A stretch of DNA of 64,000 nucleotides from a virus (Duplodnaviria > Caudoviricetes), in the IMG/VR virus record IMGVR_UViG_3300043748_000050, positions 34,040 to 98,039 of that record, one strand, 5' to 3'. Both the position numbers and the translations under genes were made by a program. Below, piece after piece: positions 53,962 to 63,752 of this stretch (the first letter of the stretch is position 1; every line of letters starts with the position of its first letter). The notes beneath the pieces are model-generated. The model saw nothing but the letters and a program-made list of their open reading frames with translations. It had not been told where the DNA came from and searched no databases.

Positions 53962-54642
53962 ATGGCCGGCACCGTGGCACGGATGACTGCGTACTTGAAA
54001 GCACGCATTGACCTGGGGACTTTGGAGCCGGGCAGCAAGCTCCCGCCAACTTCCGCCCTGATGAAACAATTTGAGCTGAGCGACGGGGCCGTCTACCGGG
54101 GCATCGGCCTTCTGAAGGCCGAGGGCTACGTCGTCAGCAGGCAGGGCAAGGGCGTCTTCGTCGCCGACCGGCGCAAGCTGATCGTGGGCGAGAAGCGGAT
54201 CCAGGGCATCACCCACCCGAACGAGACGATCCACCACAAGCGCAGCGTCCGAGTGCAGGCCCCGGAGTGGGTCTCGGCGTTCCTCGGTGAGGGCGAGTGC
54301 GTGAACCGTGTCCGGACCGTGGTGAACCGTGCGGGTGTCGTTGTCGAGGCGTCCCAGTCATGGGTTCACACGGCTGTTGCGGAGTTTGTTCCGGAGATCG
54401 ATGAACCCCGGGCCTGCGACCCTTCGTGGCAGTCGCTCTACGCGGACCGATCAGGCAACCTTGTCCACCCGGCCGCCAAGACCGCGAACGTCCGGATCGC
54501 CACGGACACTGACCGCGAGAATCTCGGTCTCGACGCGGGCTCTCCTGTTCTGGTGACCCGTAGCGTCTATGTGACCGGAACCACGGCGATCGGTGTCGGG
54601 GAGGCCGTCTACCCGCCCAGTTGCCCGCTCACCCTTTCTTGA
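53962..54642 (+). CDS. GntR/HutC-family regulator (wHTH + UTRA-like; TraR/KorSA type)
   Basis: LEPGSKLP...L..EGYVVSRQGKGVFV. Confidence 0.85.
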   Translation: MAGTVARMTAYLKARIDLGTLEPGSKLPPTSALMKQFELSDGAVYRGIGLLKAEGYVVSRQGKGVFVADRRKLIVGEKRIQGITHPNETIHHKRSVRVQAPEWVSAFLGEGECVNRVRTVVNRAGVVVEASQSWVHTAVAEFVPEIDEPRACDPSWQSLYADRSGNLVHPAAKTANVRIATDTDRENLGLDAGSPVLVTRSVYVTGTTAIGVGEAVYPPSCPLTLS

Positions 54643-54704
54643 GCCCCGCACCGCTCGGCCCCGGGACTTCGTCGTGCCCGGGGTTGTGCGGATCGCAGCA
54701 CCTA

Positions 54705-54720
54705 TGGTTTAATTAATTCA
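54705..54720. promoter_or_regulatory. 16-bp conserved inverted repeat
   Basis: TGGTTTAATTAATTCA. Confidence 0.75.
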
Positions 54721-54750
54721 TCAAGACGCCGACCAGGGACCGAGGGCACC

Positions 54751-55002
54751 ATGGCTAGCACTCTCACCATCGCCGGACGCGACTACGAGCACGTCACCGA
54801 CCTGCACGCCCTGGCCACCGGCGACCGCCTGCGACAGCACCACGAGAACCACTCCGTGGACCACCTCACCGTGCTGGAGCCTTACGGCAGGCACAGCGAC
54901 CGAACGGGCGTGCTGGTCCACGTGGACCGAAATGACGGGTGGGACTCCGTTCTCACCGACCTGAGCGCGACGTACAGCCCCGTGTGGCGTGAGATCCGCT
55001 GA
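54751..55002 (+). CDS. hypothetical protein (83 aa)
   Basis: Cassette leader. Confidence 0.65.
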   Translation: MASTLTIAGRDYEHVTDLHALATGDRLRQHHENHSVDHLTVLEPYGRHSDRTGVLVHVDRNDGWDSVLTDLSATYSPVWREIR

Positions 55003-55040
55003 ACCCGCCAGAACACCGACCAGGGAACGAGGAACCGACC

Positions 55041-55535
55041 ATGGAGTACATCGTCACCGTCACGCGGCCCGGACAGCCCACCGACGACTCGCCGGTCCGC
55101 TACGACGACGAGACCGCCGCACTCCTGCTGCGCCGTGCGCTGCGTCAAGGTCTCTTCCTGGCCGTCGAGACGGAGACCGGCCGGATCACCCTCTCCGACG
55201 ACGGCCGCCGGATCACGGTTACCCCGGCCGAGCCGCTGCCGAAGCCGACCGTCGCGCAACGCCGCGAGATTCTGGCTCTCTCCGTCAGCCCCGGGCCGGT
55301 CGAGTGGGAGTACGGCCGCCGCAACGTGGTCCAGGTGCGGGACGGTGAGCGCCTGCTCGTGCACCGAACGACGGTGGCGCTCATCGACGGCGGGTATCTC
55401 GGACCGCTCGCCGGGAAGGGCAACCCCGCGCACCTGTCCCTGCTGGCGTACCTGGTCATCGGCAAGGGCGGCAAGGACGACGCCTCGCTGGCGGCCATGC
55501 TCCGCAACGTCTACCGCTCTTCGGCATCCGTCTGA
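55041..55535 (+). CDS. hypothetical protein (164 aa)
   Basis: GACCAGGGAACGAGG leader. Confidence 0.7.
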   Translation: MEYIVTVTRPGQPTDDSPVRYDDETAALLLRRALRQGLFLAVETETGRITLSDDGRRITVTPAEPLPKPTVAQRREILALSVSPGPVEWEYGRRNVVQVRDGERLLVHRTTVALIDGGYLGPLAGKGNPAHLSLLAYLVIGKGGKDDASLAAMLRNVYRSSASV

Positions 55536-55548
55536 CCGACACCGCCCA

Positions 55549-55580
55549 AAGCCCCCGGAGCCTCGTGGTTCCGGGGGCTT
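55549..55580 (+). terminator. terminator hairpin
   Basis: AAGCCCCCGGA/TCCGGGGGCTT. Confidence 0.7.
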
Positions 55581-55723
55581 CTGCGTGAAGTTGGTGCGAA
55601 CCGGTATCGGCCGTACAGTGCGGGACGCATGCCCCACACTTCCTCGGGTCGTGGGTGCGCAGGGGTGCGTGGGTCCCGCCGGTGTGGTGGCTGGCGGGAC
55701 CCACGTGCGAACGGGAGGCTTCG

Positions 55724-56455
55724 ATGCCCCGTGAATGGCTGCTGAGGCAGAACAGTGAGCTGCGCCGTGAAGGGATCTTCAACTGGAGTCTTCCGGCGTG
55801 GGCAGGCAGGCTCCCCGACGGCCGGACGTACAACACCTGTCCTTCGGCCGGGGCCTGCGCCAAAATCTGCTACGCGAGATCGGGCACGTACCGGTTCAGG
55901 GGCGTCCTCGCCGCGCACGAGCGCAACCTCATGATGGTCCTGGACGACCTGCCCGGCTGGGAACGCCGGATGACCGAGGAGCTGACGCACCGGAGGTACT
56001 CCGGGCGGCACGTGCGCGTGCACGACAGCGGAGACTTCCTCAGCTCGGGCTACCTGGACGCCTGGCTGCGCATCATGCGCGCCACGCCGGCGACCTCCTT
56101 CTACGCGTACACCAAGGAAGTTCAGATGTTCCGCGAGCGTGTGGAACCAGACCCGCCCGCGAACTTCCGGTGGTGCTACTCCCTGGGAGGCACGCAGGAC
56201 CACCTCATCGACCGGGACAGCGACCGGCACGCCGACGTCTTCCCGGACGAGGAATCGATGGAAGCCGCAGGCTACTCCTCGCAGGAAGAGTCCGACCTGC
56301 TCGCCGTGTACGGACCGCCGCGCGTAGGCATCCCGGCTAACAACATCCGCCATCTGCGCCGGATCCAGGGGTCGTCCAGCTTCGGTGAGTTGCAGGAGCA
56401 GCGGGACAACCGCCGGCGCGGTCCCGGCAAGCAGTACCCGACGCACCGCCCGTAG
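55724..56455 (+). CDS. phage Gp88-like protein (Cys cluster, radical-SAM-like)
   Basis: TCPSAGACAKICYA, VRVHDSGDF, FYAYTK. Confidence 0.75.
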   Translation: MPREWLLRQNSELRREGIFNWSLPAWAGRLPDGRTYNTCPSAGACAKICYARSGTYRFRGVLAAHERNLMMVLDDLPGWERRMTEELTHRRYSGRHVRVHDSGDFLSSGYLDAWLRIMRATPATSFYAYTKEVQMFRERVEPDPPANFRWCYSLGGTQDHLIDRDSDRHADVFPDEESMEAAGYSSQEESDLLAVYGPPRVGIPANNIRHLRRIQGSSSFGELQEQRDNRRRGPGKQYPTHRP

Positions 56456-56535
56456 CATCCGCGTTCGTCGTGAAAACGGCTATTCGTGTGATCGCGGCTA
56501 CCATGCGCACCGGATCCGATCCGGGGAGGTAGCCC

Positions 56536-58356
56536 GTGCCGTGGTACGACGCATTCCGGCGGCGCAGCGTCGTCGGTCCCGTGATGCCCCCGGCCGTTGA
56601 ACCCGACGCCCTGACAGCCGCAGCCGCGCCGCCCGTCGCCGCCGAGACGCAGTTCCTGCGCCACCCCGAACGCTGGCAGAACGAGGTCTGGGCCTTCCAC
56701 GACACCTTGGGGGAGTTCAACTTCGGCATCGAGTGGTTGTCGAATATGCTCAGCCGGGTCCGGCTGCGGGCCGCCCGGCTCCAGACCGACCAGGACGAGC
56801 CGGAGATCGCGACGACCGGACCGGCCGCCGACCTGATGATGCGGCTGTCCGGCGGCGTCGGCGGTCAGTCCCAGCTCATGAAGCGCCTCGCCGTGCAGCT
56901 CAGCCTTCCCGGCGAGGGCTACCTGATCGGCGAGACCGTGGGCAAGATCGAACAGTGGCAGGTGCGGTCCGTGGACGAGGTCCGCGTGCAGTCCGGCGTC
57001 TACCAGGTGATCGATGAGAACGCCGTCACCACCGGGCAGGACTGGCGCCCGCTCGCCGCCGAGCACCACATCGTCCGTGTGTGGCGCCCGCACAACCGCT
57101 TCTACCACCTGGCCGACTCTCCGGCGCGCTCCGCCCGGGAAGTCATGCGCGAGCTGGAGCTGATCAACCGGAAGATCACGGCCGAGTACCTGTCGCGTCT
57201 GGCGTCCGCCGGCGTCCTCGCCATCCCCGACGAGGTCTCCTTCCCGGTGCGCGAGGAGTTCCAGGACGAACCCAACCCGCTGATGTCCGAGTGGATCGAG
57301 ATCGCGGCCACGGCCATCAAGAACCCCGGCACGGCTAGCTCGGTCATCCCGATCCCGCTGGTCGGTCCAGCCGACGCCATCGACAAGATCAAGCTGATCG
57401 ACTTCACGCTGAAGATCGATGAGAAAACGATCGAACGACGCGACTCGGCGATCCGGCGCATGGCCATGAAGCTGGACATGCCCTCCGAGATCCTCATGGG
57501 TATGGGTAAGTCGAACCACTGGTCGGCGTGGGCCATTGACGAGGGCGCGCTGAAGGCCCACATCGCTCCGCTGGCCGAACTGATCTGCGACTCGCTGACA
57601 CGCGGCTACCTCCAGCCCCGGCTCGAGGCGTCCGGCGAGGACCCGGCCGCGTGGGTCGTCTGGTACGACATGAGCGAACTCGCCATCCGGCCCGACCGCA
57701 GCGCCAACGCGGTCCTTGCCTACGACCGGCAGGAGCTGACCGGCGAGGCGCTGCGTCGGGAGATGGGCTTCGATGAGGACGATTCCCCGGAGCAGACCGA
57801 CTTGGAAGACATCGGCTTGAAGTTCCTGCTGCGGACGGTGCCCAACGCGGCTCCGTCGGCCTTGGACAAGCTGGTCGGGCACAAGGTGCTGGAGGACGCG
57901 GTCACCGGGTCTCCGGCCGCATCCGGCACCGGCGGCCAGGAACCGAAGGAACCTCCGCCGACGGGCGATCAGACCGGGCCGCCGAAGCAGGCGGATCAGT
58001 CACCGGCCGACAACGCGCCGAAGACGCCGCCCAGTCAAGCAGCGGCCGGGGCACGAGCGCAGAGACTGGTGCGGCAGGCCCGGACCCAGCACATGATCCG
58101 TGTCGGCGCGGCCAGCCGGTGGGACCTGCTGCACCCACCGTTGTGCGGGGACCACGAGTACAGCTGCCCATTCACGCACGCCGTGGCCACGTCGGCCCCG
58201 TCGGTCCGGCCCGGATCGTCCGGCACCTACCTGTGCCACCTAGACGCCTTCGGCCGTTTGGTCTTCGACGGCCGCAGCCCCTACGCCGACACCACGGCGA
58301 TGATCACGACGTCCCTGCACCCGAGGGCGGTGAACGGCCATGCTCCAGCGCACTGA
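56536..58356 (+). CDS. portal protein
   Basis: Size and position before head genes; WQNEVW, RVWRPH, SRLASAGVL, NHWSAW. Confidence 0.8.
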   Translation: MPWYDAFRRRSVVGPVMPPAVEPDALTAAAAPPVAAETQFLRHPERWQNEVWAFHDTLGEFNFGIEWLSNMLSRVRLRAARLQTDQDEPEIATTGPAADLMMRLSGGVGGQSQLMKRLAVQLSLPGEGYLIGETVGKIEQWQVRSVDEVRVQSGVYQVIDENAVTTGQDWRPLAAEHHIVRVWRPHNRFYHLADSPARSAREVMRELELINRKITAEYLSRLASAGVLAIPDEVSFPVREEFQDEPNPLMSEWIEIAATAIKNPGTASSVIPIPLVGPADAIDKIKLIDFTLKIDEKTIERRDSAIRRMAMKLDMPSEILMGMGKSNHWSAWAIDEGALKAHIAPLAELICDSLTRGYLQPRLEASGEDPAAWVVWYDMSELAIRPDRSANAVLAYDRQELTGEALRREMGFDEDDSPEQTDLEDIGLKFLLRTVPNAAPSALDKLVGHKVLEDAVTGSPAASGTGGQEPKEPPPTGDQTGPPKQADQSPADNAPKTPPSQAAAGARAQRLVRQARTQHMIRVGAASRWDLLHPPLCGDHEYSCPFTHAVATSAPSVRPGSSGTYLCHLDAFGRLVFDGRSPYADTTAMITTSLHPRAVNGHAPAH

Positions 58357-61300
58357 GCACCGGTGCGGCCTGACGGCCGCCGCGACCGAGCCGGACGACG
58401 ATGACAACACCTCCGGCGGGATGATCGCTCTCATACCGACACCGGAGGATGCGGCGCGCCTGGCCATTCCGGGCGGGGAGCCGCCCGAGGAGTTGCACCT
58501 GACGCTCCAGTACCTCGGGCCGGACGGCAGCGTGTTCTCTTCGGACGACCGCACGGCGCTGGTGGAAGAACTGCGGATGCTCGCCCAGGATCTGCCGCCG
58601 CTCGTGTCGAAAATTTTCGGCATCGCCCACTGGAACGGCGACGGCGACACCCCGTCGTGGGTGTGGAATGTCGGTGATGCGCCTGACGGCGTTGCCCTGG
58701 AAGCCCCGCACGAGATGGCACAAGAGGCGGTGTGGGCCACGGCGCTGGACGTCCCGGATCAGCACTGCCCCTGGGTCGCCCATATCTGCGCCGAGTACAC
58801 CGACGACCTGTCCCTGGCGCCCGAGCTGGAGCAGCGGCTGGGCACAGTGACGTTCGACCGTATCCGGGTGTCCTTCGGGGACGAGGACCACGACATCCCG
58901 CTGACCGGCGACCCGGTAACGGCTGCCGCAGGCCCGCTGCGCCGGGACCCGACGCCGCTCGAGGTGGCGTCCCGCGCCGACTTCGCCGGCGTGCACCACC
59001 AGTGGGAGGCCGCGACGTCCCGCGCGATGAGCGCGCTGCATATGGTGACGGCCGCCTGGCGCCTTGACTTGCGTACGCAGATCACACAGAGACTCGCGGC
59101 CGACGATCCGGGCTCGTTGCCGGACCTGAAGCTGGACACCCGCACCGCCGCTTCCACCCTGCTCCGTTTCATGGATGAGTTCGCGGTAACCGCCGGCCGG
59201 GCCTGCCAGCGCGAGGCCGAGGCGCAGGGCGTGGCGGTGCCCGACTGGCACATCCCCAGCGGTGAGGACGCGGTAACAGCGGCGCTCGGCGGCCGGCGGC
59301 TGCTGTCCACGATCGCCGACTTCTCCTCCGACCTGATCGCCGGGTCCATGCTTCAGGCGGCCAAGCGGATGCTGAGCGGGTTCCTCCGGTCCGGGTCCAG
59401 CCCGGAGGCCGTGGCCGGTGCGATCGACCGGGAGCTGGCCGACGACCGGCCAGGCATGCAGGGCGTCGTAGGCAGCGCGATGACGGCGGCGCAGAACGCG
59501 GGCCGGCTCGCTGTGTTCGAGGCTGCTCCGGCGGCCGAGACCTACGCGGCCAGCGAGATCAACGACCGCAACACCTGCGGGCCGTGCAAGCAGATCGACG
59601 GTACGCAGTTCCCCACGCTGGGCGACGCGATCGACGCGTACCCGGTGATGGGCTACAAGGACTGCACCGGCGCCGCCCACGGCAACTCCTGCCGGGGGTT
59701 TCTGATCGCTCTCTGGCAGGACGTATCCGACCCGTCGGTAACGGCGGGCGCGTCAGAAGGAGGTACAGCTATGACGACGACCGCCGACACGGGGCACTAC
59801 CACCCCCACGACGACGTCACCCACGAAGACCTGGCCTGGGACGGGTCCGCGTCTCGGTTCACCGATCCGCAGTATCAGAAGGCGTGCGCTGCCTGCGACA
59901 CAGGAGACGGGTCGGCCAAGCAGCGCTGTTTCCTGCCGCACCACGAGCCCGGCGGCGGGCTGAACGCCGACGGCGTCCACGCGGCGGCGCAGCGCATCAG
60001 CTCCCTGTCCGGCCACAGCCCGGAAGCTGTCGCCAAGGCCAAGGCGCACCTGCGCGGCCACTACAAGACGCTCGGCGAGAAGCCACCGGACTCCATCGCC
60101 GCCACGGCCCTGGAGCGTGCCACGTTCGGCGTGGAGGAAGGATACGACGACACTGTGTTTGCCAAGCAGCCCGACTGCCCGCCCGGGTGGACGCCCGACC
60201 CCACCGGCGACGGATGCGTGCCCCCGGGAGAAAAGTCCTCCGCCGACTCCGAGGCCCTGGCCAAGGGCAAGCCGTCCAAGGGCACTGCGGCCGACAAGCG
60301 GCTGAAGGAGAACCAGCAGAAGACGGCCATCGACTGCCCGCCCGGCTGGGAACCGGACCCCGACAGCGACGGCTGCGTACCCTCGAAGAAGTCCGCCGGC
60401 CGGGCCGAGGCGCTGGCTCACGGCGCTGCGGCCGACGCGGACGAGGTGGGCGGCAAGCCGCTGGACTCCATGGACGACGGGAAGACGGCGCCGTGGCGCG
60501 GTCCGCTCACGGTGGAGGGCATCGAGACCGGCGACGGCCGCGAGTTCAAGAACGACGCGCTCACGTGGGCCGACCTCCCGCTCCCGCTGCGGTGGAACAA
60601 GGAGGACAGCCACGGCGGGGAGCCTCACACCGTCGCCGTGAACGTCGGCCGTATCGACAAGATCTGGCGGGGCGACAACGGGCTCGTCATGGGCGAGGGC
60701 GTCCTGGACCTCTCCGACGACGACGGTCAGCGCGTCCACGACAAGATCAAGGGCGGGTTCCTGCGCGGCGTGAGCGTCGACGTCGACTCCATCAAGGACG
60801 CCGACATGGAGCTGGTCTGGCCGTCCGACCCGGAAGAGGACGGCGAAGGCCCGAACCCGTTCGACATGCTGTTCGCCAGCCCGGAGAAGGTGGTCTTCAA
60901 CAAAGGCCGGATCAGGGCCGCCACGCTGGTGGACATCCCGGCGTTCGCCGAGGCGTACATCGCGCTTCTCGGCGAGGACGGCGCTGTGATCGCCGGCGGC
61001 GAACCCATCGGATCGGTTCGCGAGACCCGCGTGCCCCGCGCCCGCGTGGCCTCCGTGGAAGCGCCGGTCCGCCCGCCGGCTACGTGGTTCACCGACCCGA
61101 ACCTGTCGGTGCCGACCGGGATCACGGTGACCGCCGACGGTCGGGTGTACGGCCACGCCGCGCTGTGGGGTACCTGCCACATCGGCCAGGCCGGCGTCTG
61201 CGTCACCCCGCCGATGGAAGACGCGCACCCCTATTTCATGACGGGCAACGTCTGGTGCGAGGACCAGTCCTCCGTCCAGGTCGGTCAGATCACCGTCGGC

Positions 61301-61717
61301 ACCGGGCACGCCCCGCTGTCCTACGGCTACCGGGCCGCGTCCGAGCACTACGACAACACCGGAGCCGCCGTGGCCGACGTCGCGGTCGGCAACGATGAGC
61401 ACGGTATCTGGGTAGCTGGGAGCATCCGGCCAGGCTCGGACGAGTCCCGCATCCGGGAGCTGCGCGCGGCCGGGCAGGTGTCCGGCGACTGGCGCCGCAT
61501 CGGCGGGTCGCTGCGCCTGGTCGGCCTGCTCGCGGTGAACGTCCCCGGATTCCCGGTCCCCGCACTGAAGACGCACCTGACGTCTGGCCAGCAGCTCGCG
61601 CTCGTGGCCGCCGGTATCCCGCAGCTCCACGAAGGTCTCTCCGAGGCCGAGCTGGACCAGTGGGCGTACCGGCGCGTCCTCAAGACCCTGTCCACCCGAG
61701 TCCACGGAGAGGAGTGA
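58340..61717 (+). CDS. 2H-phosphoesterase / MuF-like / capsid maturation protease fusion
   Basis: HLTL...HIC; DRNTCGPC...CRG; EGIETGDGR, VGRID, GVSVD; GHAALWGTCH; between portal and capsid. Confidence 0.75.
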   Translation: MLQRTEHRCGLTAAATEPDDDDNTSGGMIALIPTPEDAARLAIPGGEPPEELHLTLQYLGPDGSVFSSDDRTALVEELRMLAQDLPPLVSKIFGIAHWNGDGDTPSWVWNVGDAPDGVALEAPHEMAQEAVWATALDVPDQHCPWVAHICAEYTDDLSLAPELEQRLGTVTFDRIRVSFGDEDHDIPLTGDPVTAAAGPLRRDPTPLEVASRADFAGVHHQWEAATSRAMSALHMVTAAWRLDLRTQITQRLAADDPGSLPDLKLDTRTAASTLLRFMDEFAVTAGRACQREAEAQGVAVPDWHIPSGEDAVTAALGGRRLLSTIADFSSDLIAGSMLQAAKRMLSGFLRSGSSPEAVAGAIDRELADDRPGMQGVVGSAMTAAQNAGRLAVFEAAPAAETYAASEINDRNTCGPCKQIDGTQFPTLGDAIDAYPVMGYKDCTGAAHGNSCRGFLIALWQDVSDPSVTAGASEGGTAMTTTADTGHYHPHDDVTHEDLAWDGSASRFTDPQYQKACAACDTGDGSAKQRCFLPHHEPGGGLNADGVHAAAQRISSLSGHSPEAVAKAKAHLRGHYKTLGEKPPDSIAATALERATFGVEEGYDDTVFAKQPDCPPGWTPDPTGDGCVPPGEKSSADSEALAKGKPSKGTAADKRLKENQQKTAIDCPPGWEPDPDSDGCVPSKKSAGRAEALAHGAAADADEVGGKPLDSMDDGKTAPWRGPLTVEGIETGDGREFKNDALTWADLPLPLRWNKEDSHGGEPHTVAVNVGRIDKIWRGDNGLVMGEGVLDLSDDDGQRVHDKIKGGFLRGVSVDVDSIKDADMELVWPSDPEEDGEGPNPFDMLFASPEKVVFNKGRIRAATLVDIPAFAEAYIALLGEDGAVIAGGEPIGSVRETRVPRARVASVEAPVRPPATWFTDPNLSVPTGITVTADGRVYGHAALWGTCHIGQAGVCVTPPMEDAHPYFMTGNVWCEDQSSVQVGQITVGTGHAPLSYGYRAASEHYDNTGAAVADVAVGNDEHGIWVAGSIRPGSDESRIRELRAAGQVSGDWRRIGGSLRLVGLLAVNVPGFPVPALKTHLTSGQQLALVAAGIPQLHEGLSEAELDQWAYRRVLKTLSTRVHGEE

Positions 61718-61722
61718 CCCCC

Positions 61723-61818
61723 ATGCGTCTCGTCGTAGAGCTGGGTTGCGGATGCATGCAGAAGCCCCCGCCCCCGCCCCCGCCGCAGCCGGCCCCCATC
61801 GGCGGCCAGCAAGGCTGA
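61723..61818 (+). CDS. small Pro-rich GCGC peptide
   Basis: GAGGAG RBS; MRLVVELGCGCMQKPPPP. Confidence 0.4.
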   Translation: MRLVVELGCGCMQKPPPPPPPQPAPIGGQQG

Positions 61819-61927
61819 GCAGCGCAGACGGCCGAATCGTCGGGGTCCTTGTGACTTTTGGCGATTCGGCCTTTTGTATGTACCGTGCGCGCCGACTTGA
61901 TCTCGGCCGCTTCCCACGGAGGTTTCA

Positions 61928-63718
61928 GTGCCGGAGCCGGAGCTTTTCACCGCACCTGACGACCTCTCCCTGGTGGGCGAGGCCGAGCTGCGCGAGCTGG
62001 AGACCAGGGCGGTCGGCGAATTCGACCGCATCGCGGGTCTCGACGCTCTCACCCCCGACCACATCTCGTACTCCCAGCGCCTCACCCGTGACCTGGACCG
62101 CATCCGCGCCGAGCTGCGCGTGCGCGCCGTCCGGGCCGAGGAGATGGCGACCACCGAACAGCAGGAGCGGCTGCGCCAGATGGCACTGCTCCGTCAGTCC
62201 GTCCACGGCCAGGAACCGGCCGGCGAAGGCGCCGAAGGTGAGGGTGCCCCGGCGTCTGTGACCGCCGGCGCCCGCGTCGACATGGCCGCGCTGACCGAGG
62301 CCGCAGCCAAGGGCGTCGCGTCGGTCCTGTACGGCGACCAGGGCCCGGAGGCCGTCCGCAAGCGCGTCGCCTCGCTGTCACAGGTCCGCGAACGCGCCCC
62401 GCAGGCCAGGGTGCCGAGCGCGACCATGTCCGTGACGGCCAGCGTCGACATTCCCGGTGTCGCGGCCGGTCAGTCGATGCCCACCCTCGAGGCTCTCGGC
62501 GAGGCCTTCAGGGCCAAGGCGAAGGCGATCCCCACCACGCAGTACGGCGAGCGTGGCGCCCCGCGTCACCTGGTCGCCTCGGTGCGAAACCAGTTCGACC
62601 ACACCGTCGACGACCGCACGTCACACTCCAAGATCGAGGAACTGTGGCGCAGCATGACCCAGGAGGGCGGCAAGGCCGAGGCCCTGCTGGCCGGTGGTGG
62701 CTGGTGCGCCCCGTCGGAGATCAGCTACGAGTTCTTCAACATCGCCGACACCCCCAGCGGGCTGATCGACCTGCCGACCGTCGGTGTCTCGCGCGGCGGC
62801 ATCCGGTTCCCGGTGAGCCCCGCGATCGGTGACGTGTTCTTCCAGGCCGGCGGCTCCAACCCGGCTTCCGGCATGGGTGGCTTCGCGTTCGCGTTCTCCA
62901 ACGCGTCCGACCCGTGGCTGTGGTCCGAGTCCGACGACATCGCCACCGTCACCGGCTCGGTCAACAAGCCGACGCTGCGGGTGCCCTGCCCGAGCTTCTC
63001 CGAGGAGCGGCTGGAGGCCTACGGCATCAGCCTGACCGCCGGCAACCTGACCGACGACGCGTACCCGGAGAGCACGCAGAACTTCATCCGTCTGCTGCGT
63101 GCCTCGTACGCCCACGTCATCAACGCGCGGAAGATCTCGCTGATGGTGGCCCGGTCAACCAACGCGATCAGCATCGGCGCGGCGAACAAGCCGGCCACGC
63201 AGACCCTGCTCGGATCGGTCGAGCTGGCGGCCATCGACTACCGCCAGAAGTACGCCATGCGCGACGACGCGGTTTTGGAACTCGTCCTGCCGAGCTGGAC
63301 GCTCGCGGTCATCCGGGCGGACCTCGCCTGGAGGACCACGGTCGAGCGCGAGAGCGTGTCAAACGCTCAGATCATGACCTGGTTCGCCGACCGGGGCGTG
63401 CGCGCGCAGTTCGTCTCCGACTGGCAGGTGCGCGGCGGCAGCCAGTTCGGCAACTACTCGGCGAACATGACCGCCTGGCCGACCAGCGTCGACTTCCTCA
63501 TGTACGCGGCCGGGACGTTCCTGCACGGCAACGGTCTCCAGCTGGACCTCGGCGTCATCCGCGACTCGGTGCTGAACGCCGAGAACGACTACACCGCGCT
63601 GTGGGCGGAAGAGGCGCACCTGATCGCCAAGGTCGGCCACGAGTCCCGCCGCTACACCGCGACCTTCGCGGTCAACGGCTCCGGCTCGCTCGGCCAGACC
63701 GTCGGCGCTCAGATCTGA
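61928..63718 (+). CDS. major capsid protein with N-terminal scaffold-like extension
   Basis: Coiled-coil N-terminus; AGGGWCAPSE..Y; LDLGVIRDS.LN..NDY. Confidence 0.8.
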   Translation: MPEPELFTAPDDLSLVGEAELRELETRAVGEFDRIAGLDALTPDHISYSQRLTRDLDRIRAELRVRAVRAEEMATTEQQERLRQMALLRQSVHGQEPAGEGAEGEGAPASVTAGARVDMAALTEAAAKGVASVLYGDQGPEAVRKRVASLSQVRERAPQARVPSATMSVTASVDIPGVAAGQSMPTLEALGEAFRAKAKAIPTTQYGERGAPRHLVASVRNQFDHTVDDRTSHSKIEELWRSMTQEGGKAEALLAGGGWCAPSEISYEFFNIADTPSGLIDLPTVGVSRGGIRFPVSPAIGDVFFQAGGSNPASGMGGFAFAFSNASDPWLWSESDDIATVTGSVNKPTLRVPCPSFSEERLEAYGISLTAGNLTDDAYPESTQNFIRLLRASYAHVINARKISLMVARSTNAISIGAANKPATQTLLGSVELAAIDYRQKYAMRDDAVLELVLPSWTLAVIRADLAWRTTVERESVSNAQIMTWFADRGVRAQFVSDWQVRGGSQFGNYSANMTAWPTSVDFLMYAAGTFLHGNGLQLDLGVIRDSVLNAENDYTALWAEEAHLIAKVGHESRRYTATFAVNGSGSLGQTVGAQI

Positions 63719-63752
63719 TCCGTGACCGCACCGGCAGCGAGGGGAGTGTGAC

